From Somniosus microcephalus (lineage: Eukaryota): a DNA stretch of 64,000 nt. The position numbers and the translations under genes are program-made. Positions 39,501 to 52,640 of this stretch are shown here, piece after piece. Positions within the stretch are counted from its first letter, which is position 1. Every line of letters begins with the position of its first letter. The DNA is taken from NCBI GenBank assembly GCA_052327205.1, contig CM126226.1, positions 40,176,001-40,240,000 on the forward strand, given 5' to 3'. The notes beneath the pieces were generated by a model. That model saw only the letters and a list, made by a program, of their open reading frames with translations. It had not been told where the DNA came from and ran no database searches.

Positions 39501-42500
39501 CCTCCACCTGTGGCCTGCTAATAGTGCTGAGCTGGTTCAGGGCACTGGCACACATGATTCTCGACTCAAAATAGCATCATGGCGTGAACATGGTGGTGCA
39601 GAAAACTGGTCGTGCATCAAATGCCTAGGTCTGCCAGGCCCGTGTGCCATGACACCTAAATGCCTTGTGACACAATGTCCCCGTGTCTGCCCTGTCCAGA
39701 ATTTTAACTGACTAAAATTGAGGCCAGATTGTATTTTCTTGAACATTGCTTTCCCAAGCTCCTGCACATAAACAAGGGAAACAAGAAGCTACATTGCAAA
39801 AAAAAAAGTCCCTTGCTTAAAATTAACATGAACAGAAGATCAAATTTTACTTTGCAGAACAGGTCGAGTGGACCAGTGTAAACACAGGAGATGGGCGTAC
39901 ATAGGGTGGGACTGTTGTGTTCTCCCCGGACTCCATCTACCAAGGAAAAGTACCCTACAATTCCCAGCACAATTTCATATTGCACTTTCCAACATTCAGC
40001 TAATAAAATTAATCATCTGTCTTTAAATTAGTAGCCCACAGACATACCAATTCTTTTGTCCCCAGAGATGTTACAAACTACAGCATCCTGACTCACATTC
40101 ATAGATGCACGGGGTATGATCTTATGCATAGTCATTCTTATCCAGGCTCCTTAGCTTGGTAAAATAATATATTGTACAAAGAGCACTCGGTGTCTTTTAA
40201 CTATACCCTTATTTTATCTATGATGGTAACTGCAGTACAGATTGTATGTAAAGCAATCCTCCGCAATGGCCTTCGGTTACACACGTGGCAAGCATGACTG
40301 TTGGGAATGTTTAGAAGTAAATTTGCGTTTTATTTAAATATTTGAGTCTAAGGCTCCTCCGATGGCTGAGTGAATTTATCCAATGAGGGGCTGAGTCTCA
40401 TGCCCCAGTGCTGGGATTCTCCTCTTCCGCCTACCCCTCCATATCCACCCCAACCTGACTCATTTCCCTGTGTCGGAGTTCCTATTGATGCAGTGAGCTT
40501 CCAGTGGGATTCCTGCTACCAATGGGGAACCCACCAATGTGAAGAGGAGAATTCTGCTGTTGAAACACCAGAAGATCTAGAGAAGAACTTTAAAGGGGCA
40601 GAAATGCCCTGAACATCCATGTCCCATTGAAGACCTCAGCCGAGGCTGGGGCCGTCAGCGGGCAAGTGTTGGGGGCGGAACTGAAAAGGCACTACAAGGA
40701 CCTCTTGCTCCATGGAGGCACTTTACAGCGTTACTGACACTTCCTAGGGCTGGACAGAAAAGAAATCCTCCAGCGGATGGGAAACGAGAGAAGTCAGCAG
40801 GGACATGGGGAGGAGAATTGAGGTCAGGCGGCAAGGCAACAGTAGGCTTTACCGCCCGCACTTCCTTCATTGTTCTCTGCTATCTCACCGCATTCTTGGG
40901 ATTTGAACGTTGCTGGCAAGGCCGGCACTTATTGCCCTTCTCTAATTGCCCTTGAGAAGGTGGTGGTGAGCCTTCTTGAACCGCTGCGAGCTTCTTGCTT
41001 CTGATTGCTATTTAGTGACCAATGCTGCAAGTGCTCCTACTTGGATATCAATTGATGACAGATTCAGTCATAATGTCCCCGTGATTAAATAATCTGACTC
41101 GATCATTAACAACGCTCACATACGAATTATGGGAAGTTGGGTGAGGTACAGAAGGCACATGGTGCCCTTAGCCCCAAACTCCAGCAAGAAATGCATGCCT
41201 ATAGGAATAACAGGAAGAGATTAAAAATTGGCACAGAAATATTGGTTAGACACAAAAAAATGACGAGTTCTGCAAGGTTGAATCACATCTTGCAACACAT
41301 TCTATATACATCCCAGGGACACCTTGTGAAAGAATCCTAACCACAGTCTAATTGCTGGCCTAGTGCAAAACATTGTTAAGTATGTTCTTCAGTACTAAGT
41401 ACATTGTCAGTACTTTCAAGGACAATGATTGCGTCAGTGCGGTATAAGGATTGTCAAGCACGAGCATTTTTGTTTCCCAGAAGCAGCTGGATGTAGGCTC
41501 CCTTTTTGTCAGCCTGCACTGACTCCTCTATATTCGCAAGAAGATCATTAGCTTGTCTTCCCAATACATTATAGATGTCTCAGAGTCTTCCACTAATCCT
41601 TCTATTAAATAAAAATTTCATGAAAGTGTTTAGTCCATAGCAAAATAAATCCTGTATTTATGTAGGGCCTTTATCAGAGCAATCTTAAAGTGCCTCACAT
41701 AATGAATTACTTTTGGAGTGCGGGCAAATGGATGCAAGGTTGTGGTATTTTTTTGGTGAGAGTACAAACAACTTTCACACAGAATTTCTTCACCCCCATC
41801 TCCAGGTATGCATCAACTAAGCTCTGGGCAATGACCATCAATGGCACCCTGAGTTGGTTGCTAAGGAATTCATCCCCAGACAACTGTTAAATGCCTCCCC
41901 AATGAGCAGGGGGAGAATAGAAAAATTTGATGTTCCCCAAAAAATAATTAGTTGTCTTCAAAATGAAATTGTAATTGCATGTGCAATGTTCCCAATACAG
42001 CAAATTCACAGCCATGGGAGGAGGTAGAAGATCAAAATACATGGTATTAAATTGGGTATTTTATAACAGCAATACATTTTACGGCTACCTTAGCTTTAAC
42101 TTTGTTTAGTGAGAAACAGTTTGAGCTGTACTATTGATTATAATAAACTTAAACTGGAGAAATTAACAGAACCACTGATTGCTTAACCCTTAGAGTTAAT
42201 GATTCGATGAAATACTGCTACAGACCAAATGCAAAAATACAGCTTTTGGAATGAAAACTAAACAGGTGACCTTTATTTTTAAATATTTGTAATAAATAAA
42301 TAAGACACGTAATATTCAGACATATAGATATGCCATTATACTTGAGTGTAGGGCTAAAACAGATATTTTCTCACAGTTCCTTTTGAAAGCATTTTTTTTT
42401 ACTGACTTGTCAGATCTGTGCAGTGCTCAGTTAATTCAACGACAGTGAATTTATGCATAACTCAAGTCAGAATTACAGTCACTGCGGGGTGATATTACAA

Positions 42501-43530
42501 TTAGCAGGCTGGGGTCAGGCACCTATTAACTTACATGAAAAAAGTCTGAAACAGGTGCTGTAATTAAATTCCCTCGAGCATTCTTAATGGATTGTATTTG
42601 TGCATTTTCTTACATTTAGCTTGCCAAATCATATGGAAATAAAGAGAGACTAAATTTAACTAAATGACAGTCTACAGTACGATTCATAGGGAAATCTGAA
42701 CCATTTAGATTTTCTTTCCAAAAAAAAACTATAGTTATCGGATTATTTTCAAATCATGAGATATCAAAAGAGTTCTCCACCCAAATAACCAACGGATAAA
42801 AGAAAAATCTATTTATTTCCACTGACAACATAACAAAAAGTATCAGCAGATTACACTAATACCCATGACTGGACCTTGTCCAACAGATCCAAAATTGTAG
42901 CACAATTGTGCAAACTCGACAACCAGGAAATACCCATCCTACAGATAGGGCAGTTAAAAAAATGCTGGTTGTCTATAGGGAAACCTCGCTTAATGGTTCT
43001 TCCCCATCACCCCGTCTGCCTAAAATGAGCACCAAACATTAGTCACTGAAATCTGGTGTATAAAACCATTTCTCATTCATTCCCACTGTACAAAATGTTT
43101 CATTTAAGCATTAATATATTTTCCTATTGCAAGCATTAAATTGCTTCCTAATTATTAAAAGCATAATAATAGCTACTTTTATAATAAACTGTTAGCTTTC
43201 AGCTAAAGGCAGCAACACAATTTAGGAGTGCTAGTCGACCTCCCACGGCCTTGCAGACTGGCAGTCAAGCCGTCTTCAGGTGAAGCGGGGTTTAAGGTCA
43301 GGAATAAATGGCACCAGAACACACAGATATAATTCAATCTCCATTTTAAAGCCATACATTCTATCCTTACTTTTATATAATATATAATGCTTTGATTTTA
43401 TATTACTTGATAGTTAAATAACAAAATATACGGCATGTTGGGAATTATAGTAGAGTGCAAGCTAAGAAGCTGGGAGATGCAAAACTGAGGTACCAAAGTA
43501 CCACCACTGGCAAGAAGGTGTAAATACAGT

Positions 43531-44216
43531 GGCCTAGAAATTTGGTGGCGCCCCAGCTCGCCTGGGCGCCAGAAGTCCCGCCCCGGAAGGAGCCGATTGC
43601 GCCAGCGCAATATTCAGTTTCAGCGCCCCAAACGGAAGCGGGGCGCTGCTCGAGGCACCCCGCATCCCTCTTGGGGCGCTGAAACTGAATATCGCAGCGC
43701 AACGTGCCGCAGCGTGCGGTACTGCAGGCCTTCCTCCCCTTAAAGGGGAGGGGCCTGCACCAGCGCGATCATAGATCGCGAGTGCCGGCAAAAGAGCCCG
43801 GCACCGAGGAGAGGTGCTGGGCTCTTGGGACACAGCCGGCACTGCCCGGGGGCAGGGGGGCTCAGGAGGCCGGGGACGGCGGCGCGAGGAGGTGCTGGCA
43901 GGCAGCCAGCAAAAAAAATGGCCGCCCTGCACCTCCCCTTTAATTAGCGCCACTACTGCTGCAGGTCGGCCCCCCTGAACCGGTCGCAGATTGCGACCGG
44001 CGTTACAGCGGGGGGGCGCGACCCAATATCGCGATCGGGGCGGTAGCAGGGCGCTGCGCACACTGATGACGTCATCGGTGGTGGCGCAGCGCTACGGGCT
44101 AACGCTGCCATTAGTGCCCTGCTAAATTTCGCGGGGGGCGTGGCCAGTGGCGCTAAAGCCACTAAGTGCCCTCTTTGGGCGCTAACTGGTGGCGCAGCCC
44201 ACCGAATTTCTAGGCC
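43531..44216. mobile_element. Harbinger-type MITE
   Basis: Perfect TIR ggcctagaaatt / aatttctaggcc, identical to 11720-13734; TSD agt on both sides. Confidence 0.92.
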
Positions 44217-44332
44217 AGTGTGTCAAGCTTGCATAGGCAGTTTTCATTATAAATGTGGACATAGGAATTTATAGTGGGAAAAAGTTGACACAAAACATTA
44301 AGTAAGATTTTGCAGACAAATGCAAGATGCAA

Positions 44333-44515
44333 GGGGTCTGGTAGTGCAGTGAATTAGAAGCTTGTTTCATGTTCAACCCTGATTGATGGGATAAAAGTCT
44401 TTTCTGCCTGCCAGCTATAAGGGCCCTACAGGAAATGGCCTGGTTAGTCTAAACTCACTTGCTAATAGATGACCGCTAACACAAAAGTACCCAAAATTTG
44501 GCTAAAATTGGCAAG
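44333..44515 (+). mobile_element. LF-SINE-like 5' fragment
   Basis: ggggtctggtagtgcagtgaatt head and acaaaa..aatttggctaaaattggca resemble the LF-SINE consensus as recalled. Confidence 0.4.
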
Positions 44516-46198
44516 GGCCTGTGCCTGTTACAGGTAGTAAAAATGTCGTACTAGTTCAGTTAAGGGGGAATCATAGAATTGTTACAGCACAGAAGGAGGC
44601 CATTTGGCCCGTCGAGCCTGTGCCATGGGAAAGGAGAAAAAAAAAACTGAGGACCATAAGCCCTTGGGTTGCTCTCATACATGTCCGAGTGGCTAACTCA
44701 GAACTGCTTTGGTGATAGTCTGGGAGCAGCATGTCTATCCGCTGCCCTATAAGGCCCTTTCATACTGGTATCAGTGGGGTGTTTGCACCATCAGTTCCCA
44801 AAGAATGATCTCGCTGCAGCCGGCTGCAAGCCAAATGTGAAACTGCTGGATCTCCCGGAAAAAGAGCTGGAGTAAGTCTGTGGCCTAAGGAAACCAAAAG
44901 ACTGGAGAGAAGATAGCGAGATTCATACATTGAAAAAAAAGGCCAGATTAGTTCTGTCTGTCAGAATTTCCATCATGTATTGTGGTGCAGCAACACAATT
45001 GGAGCCCTTAACGGATGAACCAGAAATCTATATAAAACAGTCGAGCAAAAATATGTTCAAGCAAACCACTTCAATAGATTTTTATTACATACAAAGTCAT
45101 AATCTGTTCCTGACAGGGCGTCTGTCCTACTACTGATGTTCTTATTACAGTGTGCACAAATTTGGTTTTAACAGTTTTGTTTGTCCCAGCCTATTGCATG
45201 TAACAAGTACTGTGACCAGAACAGGTTATTCACTAAACAGAAATTGCCTGTACTTTCAAATACAGCCTATGTCGTTCACTAAGAGGAGGATACAGGTTGA
45301 CCTTCCACCCAGATTTAAATACAAAACCAGACTAGACATGGTCATGTTACACGGTTTCCAAATTTCCTTCAGGCTGGGCGTAACTGCTGAAACAAAATCA
45401 TCTTTGCTCTGTGGCAACAGGGCTTCCCATTTCAAACCTGTTAATCATCTTAATCCAGCCTAGCAATTCTGATGCTGACTCAAGCATAAAAAATTTCATT
45501 CTCTTGCAAATATGGGTGATAGTGATGAATCCCGGCTGTAACTGCAGATTAGCAAATTTCATATATCGTTCAGTTATCACAGACCTAAATTAACTCCTTG
45601 AGAGCGACCAGCTCCTATTACATTGCTAAATTCAACGAGTTGGAGAAAACGGAGCTGGAGAATCTACTAAGAAAGTAATGCTTTACGGTCCTCTTCTAAA
45701 GTACATTCTATGTTGCCAAGTGCTTAATTAAACTTTCTACACTAAAACTCCAAGCTTCGTTCACAAATTAAACATAATTTTTTATATTCGTAAATAGGAA
45801 AGATTTGGATATGAAAAGGATAAATTTGTCGTTTGTCACCATATTGGGAAATTTTTGGTCAGATTAAGTCCCTGGATGACACCATTCTAAAAATTCTACT
45901 TTATTGGGCATTATAACTAACCCTTTGTGTACCATGGACTGTACATACTTCTTCTAGGGCCAACAGCAAGTGTTGGTTGGCACAGCTTTCCATCTGGCAT
46001 TGCAAAACCATCAACAATTGAGCTGGATGTGCCAAACTTGAGCTCAAAAAGGAACTCTTAAGCCAGTTTTTAACCAACCAAATACATGGAACAAAGCAGA
46101 TTGAAACTCCCTGGAAGAGTCACACTCCACTTTGCTCCAGAATCAGATCAGGCCCTAACTCCGGATTTACGCTGCAAACCATTTTGCACTGACACTAT

Positions 46199-46733
46199 GG
46201 GGGGGAAATTCGGTTGATTTGTGCCTCCCGTTAGGGCGCAAAGCAACTAGTGCCCGAACGCTGTGCCCCGAACGCTGTGCCGCTAACGCCTCCTGCAAAA
46301 TTCAGCGGGCGAATGCGTCATCACCGTGGGCAGCGCCCCGGCCGTGATCTTCAGTAGCGCCCCCTGACTTACCGCCGGACGCTGGGGGGGGGGGGGGGGG
46401 GGGCGTACGTGTGGCCAGGGCAGCGCAAATTTAAGGAGGTGCTGGGCGGCGATTTTTGTTGCACTCCTCTTGAGCGCCGGGCTCTTTTGCTGGCACTCCG
46501 ATCCCTGGTGGCCCAGCTGGGCCCCGGGCCGTGCTGCGCTAGGCCCCTCCCCTTGAATAAGGGGAGGAAGGCCTGCAGTACCGCGGCACATAGTGCCGCG
46601 ATATTCACTCGCAGCACTCCAAGAGGGAGGCAGGGTGCTTCCAGTAGCGCCCTGCCTCCCTCTTGGGGCGCTCCCAGTGAATTTCGGGCGCGGGGATGCC
46701 AACTTTTTCGAGGCGCGACGCAATTTTGCCCCC
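46199..46733. mobile_element. Harbinger-type MITE
   Basis: TIRs gggggggaaatt / aattttgccccc; TSD tat on both sides; 14-bp internal duplication at ~46251-46282. Confidence 0.88.
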
Positions 46734-47067
46734 TATAGGTGTAATGTAAATGCACTCTTATGGTTACAATTGCACCACGAACTGTTACTAACATTAATGG
46801 ATGAATGAATGTGTTTGTAAATGGATTCATGCCTGCTTTAAAATAGCGGGCAGAGGAATGTCATACAAACATGTCAGACATTCAACTACTAATATTGCCA
46901 ATATTTATTTCTCGGTTAATATATGCTACTTGCCAGGTTTTCCAATATTTTGTTATTTTTTACTTCAGTTTCAAAAAGGACATTACCAATCATGTAATTA
47001 ACACTGTATAATTAGAATTCAACTTCATGTCATTATCACTGTTCATAAACTTTGGCTGAAAAAATTT

Positions 47068-47927
47068 GGGGGAGAAATTCGGTATCACCCCGTTTGGGGC
47101 ACAATTATTGGCCGGGTGCAAAGTTTAGCGCTTGGCGCTAATTATTGCCTCCGACTGCAAACTTGGCTTCTATCGCCCCTGGAGGTGATTGGAGAGCTAA
47201 ATCAGGCGCTACGCACCTCTCCGAAGGCGCTAACGCCGAGGAGCAAGGCGCTACCTCAGAGCACCGGCGAAGCTCATGTGATGTCAGTCAGCAATGGAAC
47301 ACAGACACACTGGCGCCGGCCAGTTCTTAAAGGGGAGGGTCGATCTTGCTCTCCATCCACACCCTGCTCATTGCAGCCTTGAATCTCAGCCTGGAGAGAC
47401 CTGTACATCAAATCTGCTGGAAAGAACAATGGAGAGGCCCAAGGACAGAGCTCAGAGTGCAGCCCCCAAAGTCTCTTCTAAATCGATGCAAGGAAGGTCA
47501 AATCAAAATGAACCAGCAAAGTGCTGCTCAGTGCCCAAAACTCCTTCACACAGCGTTGAATCTCTCCAGAAGTCTCTCTCTCTCTCAGAATGCGTGGTGC
47601 AAAAATGTCGCAGACAAAAAAAAGGCAGGAAGCGGTCGCCTTTAGAAGGCAGGAAGAAGTCCCTTCCCGACTGCAAAACGCTCCCCTCAACCTGTCGTTG
47701 CTAGCGGCAGGCAGTAAGGCAGGGGGCGCCACTCAATATCCGGTCCGGGGTGCTGCACACTCGAGTGACGTCACGATCTGCGGGCGCAGGAGATCATGGA
47801 GGTAGTGTTTAGCGCTGCTGCAAAGTGTTTGGTCAATTTTGCGAGCGGCGCAAACATCACCGTGCCTGGGCGCTAGTTGCTTTGTGCCCCATTAACGGGA
47901 GGCGCAAAGCAACTGCATTTTCCCTCC
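47068..47927. mobile_element. Harbinger deletion derivative apparently retaining both gene starts
   Basis: TIRs gggggagaaattc / gcattttccctcc; TSD ttt; MERPKDRAQ at 47429 resembles the Myb N-terminus. Confidence 0.8.
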
Positions 47928-50769
47928 TTTGTATTAAAGTCAGACCATTTAAAAAGTTACCAACAAAATGTCTTGGCAATCAGCTGATTCCCAATGGAAA
48001 CTGGTCAATAGATTTTGTTTTTTCTTGGTAGAATAGTGACATTGTTGAGATGTAAACAGCACATTTCTAACATGTTTGCCGTTCTCCTTTGCTTTGTGTT
48101 GTTTCCCCCATTCCTGCCACATTTATTCAAGCCATTAAAAAGAACATGAATTTCTTCCTTTGGCTGCGAGAGATGATGGACGGGCTATGATTTTTCTAGG
48201 ATTTCAAACTCCACTGCCAGACTGATTGCTCAATGTAGGTTGGACAGAGAAAGTACAGATTGTTCTCTGAAAGAGGGATACCACACACACCCCTTATAGC
48301 CTGACTGAGAACCAGTAAAACCTGTCATACATTACCAGAGGTTTCATTATAATCTGGCAAAGAATCCCAGGCCTCCTCTCACAAAATTGCCATAAGTTAC
48401 TTACTGGTTCATCCGTATAAAATGTTAACAAAAATTTCAGGAAAATTAGCACTATTTATGCATGCCCCAGCTCTTGCGCCATATCACCACTTTTGTTAGT
48501 TTTCTCCTCCCACATCAAAACTGAGAAACCCTTGAACACCGCTGACAGGTTCAAGTGCCTGCTACTGCAGTGAGTCAAACTGACAAGCTGGGGGAGGAGG
48601 TGCTAAGTCTACTATGGTGACATAGCATAGTTTAATCATTCATTTTCCTATACAGACACGAACATGAAAAAAAGGTTTGTTTGACTGAACTTCAGTATGC
48701 CATAAGAAGATTCTTCTCAGATTTAGGTACAATTTTAAACCACTAGTTTACATAGTCCCTTACTGATCTCCCAGGAATTCAAGCAAATGTGCTTGATGGC
48801 TCAGCTGTTAACTATCTTGCCTTTCTTAGCTGGGATCACCTGTTTTATCAGTCAAAATCTTAACTGGGTCATACTTAATCCTATTAGAGATTATTATGTC
48901 AACTCCTAAATTCCACCGTACAATCTGAATGCTTAAACCACCCAACCTTGTAGTAACTGGTACAGGCTTCCAAGGCACCCTCATGGGAAAAGGAAACTAT
49001 TCTGTAGGCTTAACTTAACAAATCTGTTAGCGCTGCTCTGTAAAGGGTAAAAAAAATGCACATCTGTTTTATTCTGAAGGGGGCTTAAGACAAGTCATGC
49101 TTGCCTGTCCATATTTTCTATGAATATTTGTTCAATGACTCACCCATATGCACTGAAATATTAAAAACATATTTCCAATCAAAATGAGGAATGAAGCACT
49201 TGAAAACTCCAGTCATTATTTCATCATAATTAATTTAAACCTACCTAATTCGAAGTACAGCAGTGGGGTGTGTGTTAGCCCTATCGGTGTACTCCTTCGT
49301 CTCCCAGAGGAACAGAACACAGCGATGAAAACGCCTGCAGTATCCAAAACATTTCTGTGCGCTTTTTGCAGAAAGTAAAAATTACATGAGTTGTTGGACC
49401 CTTAAACTTAACTCCTTGTTGTCCTGTTGGACCGTCACCATGCTGTACCAGACTGAGTAGGATGTGAATTCAGATCCACAACAGCTCTCATGGTCTTCCA
49501 TTCTTCACAGGAGATGGGAAAATTAACTTGGATCTCTCTTACACAGCTCCTCGAGTCGCATTGGTAGAGGCCTGGGAGAAAATTATAGCCCACCCTTTCA
49601 ATTGGGTTTTGGTGTGAGACTGGAAGAGGGAAATATGTTTTAGCTTGTCTTTGTTCTTATCTTTGTTTTCCAACAATATAAGAAAAAGTTATGATTTCAG
49701 TGGTTTAGAATTATCATTTTAGTGGAAGAAAAAGGTCATCATTAGTTTTACTTAATGTGATAGCACAACTATTGTGTCCATACAAGACCTTCTTAGCTGG
49801 TTGTCTCTACAACCGTGCACTATCTGTGTTTGGGAAAATAAAATAGTTTCAGTTGCAGACTCCATTCAAGGATTTTTGCAACATCAGCAACAAAATACAA
49901 GCTCATGCTAAAAGCCTTGAAGTACAGTAACAGAAGAGCACCTGAAGTCCCCATTCGACACACTAATGAAAAATCCTAGCATTTGAACCATAGGGTTTTA
50001 TAAGCACAGTTGCTTGCTGACAATACTATGCGATAGAATCACAGGCATGGGGTAGAAATATTTGCGAAAAAATGTTCACTTGTCCCTAGAGAATACATAG
50101 CCCACATGCAACTGAAATACATCGGATGTACAGGCACAATTTTGGCGAAAAGATAACTTTTCAGTTTCCAAAATTATAATCATGCCAATCTAATTTTTTT
50201 TGATCAGTATACTTTTGCCCCCGTTTAACCCAAACTTCAGTCAGCTTCACTCCAGAGGGTGGGTCTCTGGATTGTGGATTTTATAACTATGATAGTGCTT
50301 GCTGCTACAAACTGCTCCAAATGCAGTTGCAATCTAGCCAGTAGCTAGAAAATCTTGAGTAAAAAATGTTTATTAAAAATGAAGTCAATGGAGAAGAACA
50401 TTGGGCGGGGTGTATAATAGGCGGCTGATTCGATATCGCTTATTTTACACCATCGTTGAAAGCCAAAATTACCCCAAAGTGTCTACACAATGAGTTTTTT
50501 TATGGGTGTATCACATCCCACCTTCCAATGCTATAAAAAGGGTTAAATGGAACCAGTGAATGCATGCGTGCACAGTATTTTGTTTTATCGACCTTCGTTC
50601 ACATGCTTATCTTGTATTGTTACGAGGAGCTGCTGAAATTATGCAGTATAGAAAAAGGTTGAAGAAGAAAAATATAATAAAACGTTGATAATTATGAAAT
50701 GGGTTTAAGCAATAAAAAGGTTTCATGCATTAACCATATGCATAAGCTTCTAATTTATATTCAGCCCTC

Positions 50770-51110
50770 TCTTCTAATGGCTCAGTGAGTTTATCCAGAG
50801 TTGCTGAGCCGTAGAGACCTGGAAAGTTCTAGGTTTGTCCTGAGTTAGTTGATCTAGGCCAAGGCAACAGCAGGGGCACTACAATTGGACTCACCGCCCC
50901 AGGTTAGGGAGGGGAAAATCAGCTAGGGCTCCTGCTCCTGATCATTATTCGGTGACTATGGTGGAAGGATGCATGTGTACAATCTGGCTTTGCTTTGATG
51001 CATCCCGCGGTCGAACAGGCTGAAAAGATTTACTGTAAATGGTCACACATGACTTCTGGCCCACTGGCAAGGTATCAGAAGGGAATTGGCAGCAAGATCT
51101 TCAGGAGAGA
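50770..51110 (+). mobile_element. Family A SINE
   Basis: tggctcagtgagt head; ctacaattggactc..ggttagggaggggaaaatcagc body. Confidence 0.65.
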
Positions 51111-52274
51111 AGGGAAAGGGTGACACGAGGGGAACAAATTACCAATCTGCAAGTTAATATATATTTTCACATACCAACTGCAGGATGCAGATCAATATGA
51201 CAGCTTTTAATTATCTATCCAGTTAACAAAAATCAACAATTTATTTTAATCTTGTTTTAAAATATTTTAAACTTCTAGTAAGTGTGCTTTTATGCTGGGT
51301 AAGGTGGGTGACTGAGGTTTATTTACTGATCACTTTTTGTCTGGATGCTGTAAATCATTTCAACATAGCAAGTGGTCCATCAGCCTCTTCCCAACAAAAA
51401 CAATCATGAAACTCACAGTTGGATGTGGGCGCAAGTGCCTGGCCAGGCAACACAAAGCACTCTATTTGTCCTTTCTTTTATTGATAATTTTTGCCAGAAT
51501 ATTTTTTTCCTCAGTGCTTGTAAAGATATCCCTGAATTAAACTCGCCAAACCCCAAAATGTTTTCCACAATGTTTTCCTAGTACTTTACTGGTCTTCATC
51601 TTTTTGTATTTTGTTGAACTGAATATCATTTGTCCTTCTTCACACCAATCAAACAGTTGAGTCTGACAGAGCGCAAGGGTCACAAAGGCAAAGGCCCATG
51701 TTTAGACTTAAGACCGTTGATTTAGAATCAATAGTAGACATAGATTAAAGAATGAAACACATACACAATGAATCATGTGCCTGACCATAGCAAGGCTAAC
51801 TGATGCAACCATGGCCTTGCACGTTCTGTGAAGAGTGCAAACATCCACTCGGCATTGCAGTTTAGTGGTACGGAAAGAAAGAGTTTGCTTTTATACAGCA
51901 CCTTTCATATACTCAGGACATCCCAGAGAACTTCACAGCTAATTCATTACTTTGAAAGTGTTGTTTCTGTTGTTTTGTAGGCAACCACAGCAGACTTTAA
52001 AAAAGTTATTTCCAACCTGAAGTGGCCTGAAATTTAACACGAGGTCTAGCAGTTTTACCTCATTACATCCTTCGGTGCATTTTATCACTGTCAAACACAC
52101 ATACATTGTAATGGTGTGTATACTTTGAAGGATCAATTTCCTGCATTTTTTTCTGATCAAACAAATTAAAATTATTGGGACTAAATTTAAAAAAAAACAA
52201 AGACTCACATTCTGACTTAATGCAAATTTTGCAGCCTACAATAGCTTAAGTGAAAGAGAACTCAAAACTGCAGG

Positions 52275-52640
52275 CTCCTCCAGTAGCTCAGTGAGCAGCT
52301 GCAGCACAGAGTGTGGTACTGGGAAGATCCCAGGTTTGATTCCTCTGGTCTGTGCTGAATTAATCCACTTCAGTCAGGACACAACAATTGACCTCAATGT
52401 CCTCAGGCTTGGGAAAGAGAAAAGACATTAGCCAGGGTAACTGCTCCTGATTGTTAACCACTAAAGTGCACATGTGCAGATGTTGGCTGAGGGCTGGATC
52501 TTGCGCAGCTACGATGGCCTCCAGAGTCAAACAGCCCATCGACACGTACAGACACTGTTCACACATGAAGAATAATCACTTAGGTACAATACTGAAGGGC
52601 TGCCAGGGCACATGGAACTGTATCCTACCATGAGTCACCT
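52275..52640 (+). mobile_element. Family A SINE
   Basis: gctcctccagtagctcagtgag head; cacacatgaagaataatcacttagg body. Confidence 0.65.

Noticed and set aside
49245-49571. Minus-strand exon with good splice sites
   Set aside because: All frames are closed; a UTR or lncRNA exon cannot be supported without transcripts.
3621-52640. tRNA genes suggested by A/B boxes
   Set aside because: The boxes belong to decayed SINE heads; no cloverleaf can be formed.
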